Program-made: the position numbers and the translations under genes | Shown: piece after piece, positions 19,794 through 28,473 of the stretch | How positions within the stretch are numbered: position 1 is the stretch's first letter | How the letters are laid out: the number at the start of each line of letters is the position of its first letter | Notes under the pieces: model-generated | Database searches by the model: none | What the model was told of the DNA's origin: nothing | The model's input: the letters and a program-made list of their open reading frames with translations, nothing else | Assembly (NCBI GenBank): GCA_043718025.1 | Contig: JAYSWN010000139.1 | Coordinates: 1-57,395 of the forward strand | Direction: 5' to 3' | Source: Pseudomonadota bacterium | Lineage (GTDB): Bacteria; Bdellovibrionota; FAC87; UBA2466 | DNA: 57,395 nucleotides

Positions 19794-21028
19794 ATCTGAA
19801 TTTGGGCTTTCGTCGGGCCATGCCGCGAGATGCATTTGGTTTGATGCAACTCTACCAATTGGCTAATCCCAAGGCTTCGGAAAAATCTGATGAGATGATG
19901 CTGTATCAAGATCGGCTAAGCGTGGAGATCGCCGGCGATCAAAATATCTGGCTTATTGGCGAGCGCGGATCTGAAATTGTGCTTTACCTTGGCATGCAGG
20001 TAGATCGCATCAATCGTTTGGCCAAAATCACCCGGGTTGCTTTTCATCCCGATATTTCAACCGCCGAAGATCTGTTTGAAGAGGCTATGCCGCAACTTCT
20101 CACCTATCTGGCGGAAAAAGGCGTAGAGGTCGTTTACACCACCACTCGTACCATTACGTTGGCGCAACAGGAGATCACTCTACGTTTGGGCTTCAAGATG
20201 TTGGGGGTGTTTCCCAACGCCTTTGGCGGCGACCCACTTAAGATCAATGGCCTGTCTGCTTACTTTTTCGATGGGGTGCTTAAAAACCGGAAAAAAGCCC
20301 GCTTTTCTCTTCATCCGAATGTTGCGCCGTACTATGAAAAAGTGCGTCAGGCATGCGGACTTGAAGAGCTACCGGTGGCCAAGCCAAAAGTGCTTGAAAA
20401 ATTCGTCGGCCATCCCCTACCGGAGCTCGAAATAATTCACGCCCCTAAATTCGTTACGAGCCGTTTTGAAAAGCTACGCGGACGCCAAGCACTCAGCGTT
20501 CATTTCTATCCGTTTCATGAGCCAAATGTTCTGATCACCGATCCGGATCAGAAAATTGAGATCTTCGTGAAGATGGTTCCGGAACAACGTTTTGCCGCTA
20601 TCCTTGGAGAACGCCTCGACATTTATTTGAACCCGGTCGAGTTGTACCAAAAAATTGCGGTGCTGCTCAATCAGCACGGAATTACTTACCTTGAAGTGAT
20701 CAACGACGCAGGGGATTTGGACGGCACGCAAGCCATAATAGACGCCGGCTTTCTTCCTTGCGCCTATTTTCCCTGCTTTAAAAAGCTCGGGGAAGGCCGT
20801 TGGGACTACACCGTGTTTTCATGCTCATTCGAGAAACCCTTACCCCTGTCGGTGAGTCAAACCGCGCCGATTCATCCTGCGTATTTGGATTTCTTAAGAG
20901 AGTACCGCCGCCAAGAGGCCGAGAAATATTTGGCGGCCTTCTCCCCGACTCCAGCGTTGGAACCAATGGTGCCTCATTTGCGTTTGGTAACCGACGCAAA
21001 GCCCCCCACCATCGTTACGTTGCACTAG
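19790..21028 (+). CDS. GNAT-fold protein (probably tandem GNAT)
   Basis: FRRAMPRD start and two GNAT-end motifs (LRLGFKMLGVFP, IDAGFLPCAYFP). ATGA overlap with the MFS gene. Confidence 0.65.
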   Translation: MNLNLGFRRAMPRDAFGLMQLYQLANPKASEKSDEMMLYQDRLSVEIAGDQNIWLIGERGSEIVLYLGMQVDRINRLAKITRVAFHPDISTAEDLFEEAMPQLLTYLAEKGVEVVYTTTRTITLAQQEITLRLGFKMLGVFPNAFGGDPLKINGLSAYFFDGVLKNRKKARFSLHPNVAPYYEKVRQACGLEELPVAKPKVLEKFVGHPLPELEIIHAPKFVTSRFEKLRGRQALSVHFYPFHEPNVLITDPDQKIEIFVKMVPEQRFAAILGERLDIYLNPVELYQKIAVLLNQHGITYLEVINDAGDLDGTQAIIDAGFLPCAYFPCFKKLGEGRWDYTVFSCSFEKPLPLSVSQTAPIHPAYLDFLREYRRQEAEKYLAAFSPTPALEPMVPHLRLVTDAKPPTIVTLH

Positions 21029-21060
21029 GGCCCACACCTCCCGCAACTTCAGGGCCCATT

Positions 21061-21087
21061 AGCATTGGGAGCATTGGGAGCATTGGG
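21061..21087. repeat. Tandem repeat (AGCATTGGG) x3
   Basis: Three perfect 9-bp copies in intergenic DNA. Confidence 0.85.
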
Positions 21088-21118
21088 TTGGAGTTGTCCA
21101 CTGCCTGTGTCCGCAACC

Positions 21119-21134
21119 TGGCGAGATCTTTGCA
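21119..21134 (+). promoter_or_regulatory. Sigma-54 promoter of the lipoprotein-ompA operon
   Basis: TGGCGA-GATCT-TTGCA, GG-N10-GC spacing. Confidence 0.6.
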
Positions 21135-21184
21135 ATTCCCTATGCGCACAGTTCAATCGTCCATTAGGGGGTTTAAATAAACGT

Positions 21185-21760
21185 ATGAAACACTTTAGGA
21201 ATACAGTTTCGGCAGTTGAGTTCTCAGCAAACTCTAAGAGCAATTTAAAGCGTTTAGCCGCAATAATGCTATCTACTGCACTGCTGTCGGCTTGTTCGAC
21301 AAAGATATCTACCGACACGAGCGGCGCTAGCGTTGCTAACCAAACGGGTTCGTCAAACGAGTATGACTACAACACGGATTATAGCGACGATGGTTCAAGC
21401 ATAAATACTCCGCAGATCGACACCAACCCGACCACCCCCACCATTCCGGTGAGTGGGGTGAGCGCGCCAATTCGCTGCTACGTTTATCGTCCCGGCGGCT
21501 ATTTTTACGTGGGGCAACCGGTGCCGTGGGAGTTTGGCACCGATACCGGGGAAGAGCTTGAAGTGGTCAATATCACCTCAAACATCCCGTGGACTCAACC
21601 ACCGACCTACCCAATCGCCTCGAATTTTACGATTACATTTCATAGTCCCGGCGTAAAACGCCTGTCGTTCACGGTGCGATCAAAATTGGATCCTAGCCGT
21701 GTGTGCAATGCGGGACGCCCGGTGAATGATCAAATCGTGGTGAACTCTAGTTGGTATTAA
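21185..21760 (+). CDS. Hypothetical lipoprotein with Ser/Thr/Asp linker and small beta-rich domain
   Basis: LLSAC lipobox, low-complexity linker, Cys pair. Start uncertain. Confidence 0.7.
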   Translation: MKHFRNTVSAVEFSANSKSNLKRLAAIMLSTALLSACSTKISTDTSGASVANQTGSSNEYDYNTDYSDDGSSINTPQIDTNPTTPTIPVSGVSAPIRCYVYRPGGYFYVGQPVPWEFGTDTGEELEVVNITSNIPWTQPPTYPIASNFTITFHSPGVKRLSFTVRSKLDPSRVCNAGRPVNDQIVVNSSWY

Positions 21761-21786
21761 AGTTTAACCTTTGGAAATAATTCGGA

Positions 21787-22947
21787 GTGAATTTCATGAA
21801 GAAGTGCGCCTTTCTTGCTGCCCTGTTGTTTTTTAATGCGGCTAAAGCAGAAACCTACCTTTTCGGCGGTCTCGATGCCGGCATTTCAGGTCTAACCACG
21901 AGTGCCACTGGCGAGGTGGATAAGTTTGGCGTCGATTTCGCGGTTAAGGCACTCCTTTCGCAGGAGTGGGAAAGTTTTGTGCTGGATCTCGGCGTTGGTT
22001 ACGATTTTAATCGGATTGTTGGCGGCCCCGTCGCCAATCGGGTTAGCATCGAGACGAAGAGCGGTTTTGTAGAGATTTCGCCCCGTTTTGTTTTTGCGCA
22101 GGGTTGGCAGGTAGGCCCCGTAGGCAGATTCCAATTTGGCTCCGAAGTGGGCATGGCCGAAACTCTCGCCGGCTCAGCGAAAACGGCTTTTTATGGGGGC
22201 TTGCAGCTCAATCACGAATGGGGTTCGGAGTCGACGCGATACCGCCTGGGCCTTAAAGGCGCGATGGATATCAGCATTCCCGAGCGCAATCATTGGACCG
22301 CACAATTGATCTTCCAAATTGGGTTCCCGATTTTTTCTGGACATGACGTAGAGGAACCGGCGCGTAAGCCTGAAACGGTGAGTACGCCCGTAACCACGCA
22401 AGAAATTGTTGAAGATTCTTATACCATGTGGGCCGATCCGGAGCCGACCGCACCTCGCATCCAAGCGTACGATGACGGAGCCTTCCGCATCGAAAAACGT
22501 GGCGTTTCTACGTTGATTATCACTGCGTATTCAACCGCTCTTCATTTCGATACCGCCAAACACACTTTGGGGCGCGATTCGAGCACGTTGTTTCAGAAAT
22601 TGGCCCGAGTCATGCGCACCCACAGCGGCGATTGGACGCGCGCGAGAGTTGACGGTCATGCCGATGAACGCGGATCGGACGCGGCCAACTACCGCTTGTC
22701 ACAGAAACGGGCTTACTGGATTAGTCAGGTGATAAGCGGGCAGGGGCTAGCGGCCTCGCGACTTTACTCTAAGGGTTTTGGCGAGAATCAACCGATTGCT
22801 TTGGGTCACCGTGAAAGCGCGTGGGTACAAAACCGACGCGTTGAAGTGGTGCTCTATAACGTGACCAATCGTGACTTGGTGATCGACGCTATTAAATTGA
22901 TTCGTTCACGAAATTTAGCTTCGGCGCCGCGGGCGCAGCGTCGTTAG
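21787..22947 (+). CDS. OmpA family protein (beta-barrel plus peptidoglycan-binding OmpA_C domain)
   Basis: Signal peptide, amphipathic beta strands, LHFD, GHADERG...NYRLSQKRA, GFGE.QP and NRRVE. Confidence 0.92.
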   Translation: MNFMKKCAFLAALLFFNAAKAETYLFGGLDAGISGLTTSATGEVDKFGVDFAVKALLSQEWESFVLDLGVGYDFNRIVGGPVANRVSIETKSGFVEISPRFVFAQGWQVGPVGRFQFGSEVGMAETLAGSAKTAFYGGLQLNHEWGSESTRYRLGLKGAMDISIPERNHWTAQLIFQIGFPIFSGHDVEEPARKPETVSTPVTTQEIVEDSYTMWADPEPTAPRIQAYDDGAFRIEKRGVSTLIITAYSTALHFDTAKHTLGRDSSTLFQKLARVMRTHSGDWTRARVDGHADERGSDAANYRLSQKRAYWISQVISGQGLAASRLYSKGFGENQPIALGHRESAWVQNRRVEVVLYNVTNRDLVIDAIKLIRSRNLASAPRAQRR

Positions 22948-22950
22948 ACA

Positions 22951-23595
22951 TTAATACTGCCGGCCGACGAGCACTCGGTTATTCAACTCGTTGGTGTCAT
23001 CTGTTTTCGTCGGAAAGTGATGGGCAAGGTCGTCAGCTAGAGCTCTAATTAGCGCGACTACGCCTTCCGTGGCGTTACCCGCCTTAATGGCCGCAATCAG
23101 TTCATCCACCAGCTCTTTCCAATAGCCGGATTCATGTCGAGAATGTATCCCCTGGTCGGCAAGCAGCTCCACGCGCCGTTCGCAAAGTGAGATTACGATC
23201 AAAATGCCTGATCGGTCGCGGGTGCGCGCAAGCCCCAATGCGGTAAAATGAGCCAATGTTTCGCGATGCACGCACGAAGTGAGCAATGCTTTTGGTGCAA
23301 CGGCGCGAATCACCGCGGCACTGCGCAGCGGCAACACTCCCATTAAAAAACCAAACAACGGTAAGGAAAGGGCCCATTCGAAACTCAAACCCCATGCCGG
23401 GTGGGTGAGGTGCCATCCGTAGGCCACCAGAGAGCCCATCAGCGCACCGAAAATACCGCCCGCAAAACTGAGGCTCCAGTAGTCACTCGCGGCCGGAAGA
23501 ATCAGCGTGACGATCTCACCCGAGGTCTGTTTTTCGGCTACGCCAATGGCGGCTTCAATCTTTTTTAAATCTTCGGGTTGAAACAAGTTCTTCAT
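22951..23595 (-). CDS. TPM-domain membrane protein (LemA operon partner)
   Basis: AEKQTSGEIV, TRDRSGILI, ERRVELLADQGI and DTNEL motifs. Confidence 0.88.
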   Translation of the reverse strand: MKNLFQPEDLKKIEAAIGVAEKQTSGEIVTLILPAASDYWSLSFAGGIFGALMGSLVAYGWHLTHPAWGLSFEWALSLPLFGFLMGVLPLRSAAVIRAVAPKALLTSCVHRETLAHFTALGLARTRDRSGILIVISLCERRVELLADQGIHSRHESGYWKELVDELIAAIKAGNATEGVVALIRALADDLAHHFPTKTDDTNELNNRVLVGRQY

Positions 23596-23602
23596 TTTTT
23601 TT

Positions 23603-24358
23603 TCACCAGTTTGACGACGAACCGCCCCCACCAAAACCGCCCCCGCCGCCCGAAAAGCCCCCGCCGCCGCCAAAACCACCACCGCCGCCGAATCCTCCCC
23701 CTCCGCCAAAACCACCGAATCCCCCGCCACCAAATCGGCCTCCTCTTCCGCCTCCCCCCAAACGATTGAGCGCAGAGAGAAAGACCATGAGCAATAAGAA
23801 GATAAGCACCACGGGTAACGGCGCGCCTCGCCGCGGTTGGTGTCTTACCGGCGGCGCCAGCGGCGCAGAATCGAGACTTACGTTAAGTTTTTGTCCAATC
23901 GCGATTACGCCACTGGCTAAGCCGTCCGCCAAACGGCCGTCTTTAAAGTACGGCCGTACTTCGTCATTAAGCACTCGGCTCGAAAAGGCGTCAGTGATAT
24001 CGCCTTCTAACCCGTACCCCACTTCGAAACGCATTTTGCGGTCGTTAGGAGCCACGAGAAAAAGCAGGCCGCGATCATTTCCTTTGCGACCCAGCTTCCA
24101 TTTCTCAACGACCGCGAGGGCGTAGGTTTCTACCGGCTCGCCGTCAAGGGAGCGAACGGTGAGCACCGCCATCTGCATGTCGGCTTTGGCGTTGAGTTGT
24201 TCAATAAGCGAACTCAACGATCGGGTTTCGTCGCTGGTCAGTATCAGGGCCTCATCGACGACGGGCCCGGATAAAAAAGGAACGTTGATGGCGTTGCCGT
24301 CACCACCGATGCCGAGAACTACCAACACCAGAAACCAAAGACGGTTGACTCGCGTCAC
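23603..24358 (-). CDS. TPM domain (YgcG-like) protein with glycine-rich tail
   Basis: VVDEA, QMAVLTV, WKLGRKG.DRG, FEVGYGLEG and a GGGF-repeat tail ending GGSSSNW. Confidence 0.92.
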   Translation of the reverse strand: MTRVNRLWFLVLVVLGIGGDGNAINVPFLSGPVVDEALILTSDETRSLSSLIEQLNAKADMQMAVLTVRSLDGEPVETYALAVVEKWKLGRKGNDRGLLFLVAPNDRKMRFEVGYGLEGDITDAFSSRVLNDEVRPYFKDGRLADGLASGVIAIGQKLNVSLDSAPLAPPVRHQPRRGAPLPVVLIFLLLMVFLSALNRLGGGGRGGRFGGGGFGGFGGGGGFGGGGGFGGGGGFSGGGGGFGGGGSSSNW

Positions 24359-24930
24359 TAGAATTTCACCTGCGGGACCTTTTTAACCTCTTCGGCAACC
24401 GTGAAGGTCTCGCGTGGTTTCAAGCCCAGTAGGAACTTTGCCGTGAGATTGGTCGGAAAAAATCGAACCATCTTATTAAACTCAGCTACCGTTTCAATAT
24501 AGCGTTTGCGGGCCACGGTGATACGGTTCTCAGTGCCTTCCAATTGTGACTGTAGGTCGCGAAAGTTCTGGTTAGCTTTTAAATCCGGATATTTTTCTAC
24601 CGTAACCATCAAGCGAGAAAGAGCCGATGACATGCCGGCCTGCGCCTCTTCGAAACGCTTCATGGCATTTGGGTCATTCAGCGAGTCGGCTTTAAGCTGT
24701 ACTTGGGTGGCTTTAGCCCGGGCATTGATGACGCCTTCTAAGGTCTCTTTTTCATGTTTGGCGTAGCCTTTAACGGTTTCCACCAGGTTGGGGATCAAGT
24801 CGTTGCGCCGTTGATACTGGTTGTCGACCTCGGAAAGCGCCGCCTTTACGTCCTCGTCAAGCGCCTGCAAGCGGTTGTAGCCGCATCCAGAAAGGGAAAG
24901 AACGGCCAAAAGAATAAATACCAAACGCAT
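24358..24930 (-). CDS. lemA: LemA family protein
   Basis: GCGYN, QYQRRNDLIPNLV, EKYPDLKAN and LEGTENRI motifs. Confidence 0.95.
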   Translation of the reverse strand: MRLVFILLAVLSLSGCGYNRLQALDEDVKAALSEVDNQYQRRNDLIPNLVETVKGYAKHEKETLEGVINARAKATQVQLKADSLNDPNAMKRFEEAQAGMSSALSRLMVTVEKYPDLKANQNFRDLQSQLEGTENRITVARKRYIETVAEFNKMVRFFPTNLTAKFLLGLKPRETFTVAEEVKKVPQVKF

Positions 24931-25152
24931 AGAAATCACCTCATTAGGAATGGGATGCAAATATAAACTGCGGTTCCGCCTACGGCAAATCTCGTGGCGG
25001 CCCCCCGATTCCGCTAACCATCATAAAGAATCAAAGCAAGAGTAGAGCACTTAGCGAGGGGACAGCCCTACCTCCGTCCACGCTCAGAGCAGCTGTCAAA
25101 ATGTTGGTCACTGCCCACTTCGCTATACAGCTGAAAACACTCAGTTCACGGG

Positions 25153-25168
25153 CGGCAATGGGATTGCA
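25153..25168 (+). promoter_or_regulatory. Probable sigma-54 promoter
   Basis: CGGCAA-TGGGA-TTGCA, GG-N10-GC spacing, 25 nt before ATG 25194. Confidence 0.5.
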
Positions 25169-25193
25169 CAAACAATGGGGAAGGACGGCACCC

Positions 25194-26549
25194 ATGTTAT
25201 TGCAACGAATTCTAATCGCCCTCGTTTTCTCATCTACCAGCGTCGCCGATGACTGGTGGGATGGTGAGGCTGGCTACGAAAGTAGTGGCGGCTTTAAAAC
25301 TGAATTGAACGAGGGACGCGAAGTGGGCACGATTGACACTTCGGCCTCCCAAAATATCACCAACTTCATGAACTCGGCCAGCAAGGCTCCCAGCAGCACT
25401 CCCCAAATTAATCCGATGACGGGTAAAATCGAAACTCCGGCCGAGAAGGCCATTCGCCAGGCCCGAATACCCGGCAATCTCGTTCCCGATCCGCGCAAAG
25501 AGGTGTTGGGTACCAATGGTGACTTGAGTTCGCCCGGCCGGCTTGGTCTGGATGAAAAGCTGGTGGATGCCCGACGACTCGCCGAATTGGGCAAGAAGGG
25601 TGAGATAACTCAAAGTACGCTGACCGGCTTAGGCGCGATCTCTCTGTTTAGTATGGCGGCAACCGATCCGGTGGCTTACGCGGAAGAAATGGACAAGATT
25701 GATAAACAGGTCAAAGAGTACGGAAAGAACCAAGAAGTCTTTGACGCTAGCAGCAAGGAATACGGCCGAGGCATCCGCAAGCTGACGCGCGACTACGAAG
25801 CTTTTGATCCTAAGGGGCCAGCGTTTTCGAATTCTGGCGCTTCCGGCGGGCCCGGAAGTAGCTCAACCACCCCAGGCTCGAGCGGTGAGTCAAAAAACTT
25901 GAAGGCCGAAGCTCTATTGAACGGAATGACATTTGAAAACTTCGAAACCTTTCGCGAACGTGGCGTCAGTGCGAATGATTTCGCCGAAAAGTTTGCTAAT
26001 GGTGATTTTAAAAGCGCCCAAGATCTTTCCGATTTTTTCGATTCCGGAAGCGCGGGTGGAGGCGACTCAAGCTCACCTTCATTCGCTGATTCTAGAGAAT
26101 CAGCGGCCGGCGCCAATCGCGCCTTCGCGTCCTTGAATACGGACCGCGAAGACGAAGGGGCGGTGGTGAATGTGCGAAGCGGAACCACATTGTCCACCGG
26201 TAGTGGCCAAAACGAGAACTCGCACGAAGGTTTAGTGAACAGACTGGCCTCCTTCTTTAGCGGCGATGCTAAAAGTAAAAAGGCCGATCTTACCGTGGTC
26301 AACGAAGATGGCGGGGGGGTTAGTGAGAAAGAGAAACGCGCGCTGTTAAGTTTTGCTCTGGAGTGGTGGAAGAGTGGCAAAGCGCCGAGCGAAAAGGACA
26401 ATGGCAACGGTGGCCTCTGGGGAGGGAGCGAGCGCGGGAAAAAACTTAAGCGCGGCGCCACCATTTTCGATATTGCTCATCAGACCTACGGTAAATACCG
26501 GGAAGAGAGTGGCAGCGGCAAACGCGGGCCGGTTGCCTTCAACCGCTAA
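25194..26549 (+). CDS. Secreted Gly/Ser-rich hypothetical protein
   Basis: Signal peptide, low-complexity linkers and a C-terminal TIFDIAHQTY helix. Confidence 0.75.
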   Translation: MLLQRILIALVFSSTSVADDWWDGEAGYESSGGFKTELNEGREVGTIDTSASQNITNFMNSASKAPSSTPQINPMTGKIETPAEKAIRQARIPGNLVPDPRKEVLGTNGDLSSPGRLGLDEKLVDARRLAELGKKGEITQSTLTGLGAISLFSMAATDPVAYAEEMDKIDKQVKEYGKNQEVFDASSKEYGRGIRKLTRDYEAFDPKGPAFSNSGASGGPGSSSTTPGSSGESKNLKAEALLNGMTFENFETFRERGVSANDFAEKFANGDFKSAQDLSDFFDSGSAGGGDSSSPSFADSRESAAGANRAFASLNTDREDEGAVVNVRSGTTLSTGSGQNENSHEGLVNRLASFFSGDAKSKKADLTVVNEDGGGVSEKEKRALLSFALEWWKSGKAPSEKDNGNGGLWGGSERGKKLKRGATIFDIAHQTYGKYREESGSGKRGPVAFNR

Positions 26550-26618
26550 AATCGGATCAACACGCAATCGTGACTCGCCCCTAAACAAACCCCAACACAA
26601 CGTGCCGATAATAAGGGC

Positions 26619-27422
26619 ATGTTCTTAGCTGACTTTCATGTCCACTCAACTTTCAGCGATGGCAAAATTCCCTTACCTGACGTAATCGACCTATATGGCA
26701 AACGCGGCTTCGGCGCGATAGCCATCACCGATCACCTTTGTGAAAAATCCACCTTTCTGGGCTTTGCCAGCCGAACCCTAGAGTGCTCCCTGACCCCTGC
26801 CAATTTTCCGCTCTACATGGCGCTACTAAAAACCGAAGCCGAACGCGCTTGGGACCAGTACGGGATGGTGGTGATACCCGGGGTGGAGCTGACCAAAAAT
26901 TTTCTTTCTAACCACCGATCGGCGCACGTGTTGGGGTTGGGCATCTCAGAATTCATTAGGGCCGATCAAGATATCCCCGAGCTGTGTCGCGAGATTCGCG
27001 CCCAAGGTGGGGTTAGTGTAGCGGCCCATCCGGTTTGGACCCGCAAAGTAGAAAAGCAGACCTACCATTTGTGGAATCGAAAAGGCGAACTGCGCGAGTG
27101 TTTCGACGCTTGGGAGGTGGCCAGCGGCCCCCATGTCTTCGAAGAGGTGGCCGATACTAATTTGCCTAAAATCGCCAGTTCCGATCTGCACGTGGCCAGG
27201 CAGATGACGTCGTGGAAAACGGCCCTCGACTGCGAAAAACACCCAGAAGCTATCTTGCGCGCCATCCGCCGCCAGGAAGTAAATTTTGTTTTTTACGAAG
27301 ACCCTATCAAACCCGAAAAGAAAACTTGGGAGGCTAATCATGAGCACGCCCTACGTATTTCCGCTAGTTCTTTGGAGCTTGGCCTTCGGCAGCATGATCT
27401 GGGGAACGTGGTTTGCGCTTAG
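26619..27422 (+). CDS. PHP-domain metal-dependent phosphoesterase
   Basis: DFHVHS.FSDG, AITDH, GVE, AAHP and SSDLH motifs. Confidence 0.9.
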   Translation: MFLADFHVHSTFSDGKIPLPDVIDLYGKRGFGAIAITDHLCEKSTFLGFASRTLECSLTPANFPLYMALLKTEAERAWDQYGMVVIPGVELTKNFLSNHRSAHVLGLGISEFIRADQDIPELCREIRAQGGVSVAAHPVWTRKVEKQTYHLWNRKGELRECFDAWEVASGPHVFEEVADTNLPKIASSDLHVARQMTSWKTALDCEKHPEAILRAIRRQEVNFVFYEDPIKPEKKTWEANHEHALRISASSLELGLRQHDLGNVVCA

Positions 27423-28473
27423 GCAGTTTCGAACCCTCAGCGTAAAACCAACTCACTTTCCGCCCATCTCCATATTGAAACCGGTCAAAGGGGTGGAACA
27501 GGGGTTTGTTGAAAGCCTCGAAGTCTTTTTTGCGCTCGATTATCCAGTATACGAACTCATCTTCTCAGTGGCCGATGGCAATGACCCTGCGGTGGCGGTA
27601 ATAAAAGGTCTGCAAGAAAAATATCCCCGTTGCCCAAGTTTACTCGTCATTGGCTCCGAGGAGATTGGCCCCAATCCAAAAATAAATAATTTGGTAAAGC
27701 CTTACCGACTGGCACGCTACGATATGTTGTTAATCAGCGATAGCAATGTGCGCGTCAGCGCCGATTACTTGAGAAATATTGTGTCTCACCACCGACCGGG
27801 AGTGGGGGTAGTTACCGCCGTGGTCGCCGGCACCTTTCCAAAGGGGTTGGGCGGTGCGCTTGAAGCCACGTACCTCAACAGTTTTTACGCCCGCTGGATG
27901 CAAATGGCCAGCGCCTGCGGCGAGTCGTTCGTGGTCGGAAAACAAATGCTCTTTCGACGTAGCGACATGGATCGTTTCGGCGGACTTCACAATTTGGGCT
28001 GTTACATTGCCGAAGATTACATGGCCGGCAAGGCGATGCGTCGCTTAGGTTTAAAGGTGGTAATTGCGCCCCAGCCAATTCAGCAGTTCATCGGCCAATA
28101 CGGGCTGGGCGATTTTTGGAAACGCCATTTACGTTGGGGCCGCATCCGTAAAGCGCAAGCGCCCCTGGCTTTCGTCTTTGAGCCTTTTTTCTTCTCGCTT
28201 CTCTCCGGAGTGATCGGGGCAATCACTTTTCAACATTGGTGGGGAGTGCCCTGGCCTACGTTCATCGGTATTCATCTATTAGTATGGTTACTGTTTGATC
28301 TGAAGTTGATGCAGCAGTTAGAATCAAAGCTAACCCTTAGCATGGTGGGCAGTTGGGCTTTACGCGAGCTTCTGGCTTTTCCACTGTGGGTTCACATGGC
28401 GCTCGGCAATTCCGTCGATTGGCGAGGCAAGCGTTTTAGAATTCGTAACGGCGGATTAGTCGAGGCAGCGTGA
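27340..28473 (+). CDS. Ceramide glucosyltransferase-like GT21/HpnI-family glycosyltransferase
   Basis: SILKPVKG, NPKINNL, ISDSN, AEDY and RHLRWGR motifs; GGAGG RBS before ATG 27340. Confidence 0.88.
   Translation: MSTPYVFPLVLWSLAFGSMIWGTWFALRQFRTLSVKPTHFPPISILKPVKGVEQGFVESLEVFFALDYPVYELIFSVADGNDPAVAVIKGLQEKYPRCPSLLVIGSEEIGPNPKINNLVKPYRLARYDMLLISDSNVRVSADYLRNIVSHHRPGVGVVTAVVAGTFPKGLGGALEATYLNSFYARWMQMASACGESFVVGKQMLFRRSDMDRFGGLHNLGCYIAEDYMAGKAMRRLGLKVVIAPQPIQQFIGQYGLGDFWKRHLRWGRIRKAQAPLAFVFEPFFFSLLSGVIGAITFQHWWGVPWPTFIGIHLLVWLLFDLKLMQQLESKLTLSMVGSWALRELLAFPLWVHMALGNSVDWRGKRFRIRNGGLVEAA

Noticed and set aside
23603..23765. Repeat array or CRISPR-like C-rich repeats
   Set aside because: These encode the GGGF-rich tail of the TPM protein; there are no spacers or cas genes.
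27340..28473. Calling the GT21 gene hpnI (hopanoid pathway)
   Set aside because: No other hpn genes nearby; the acceptor cannot be determined from sequence.
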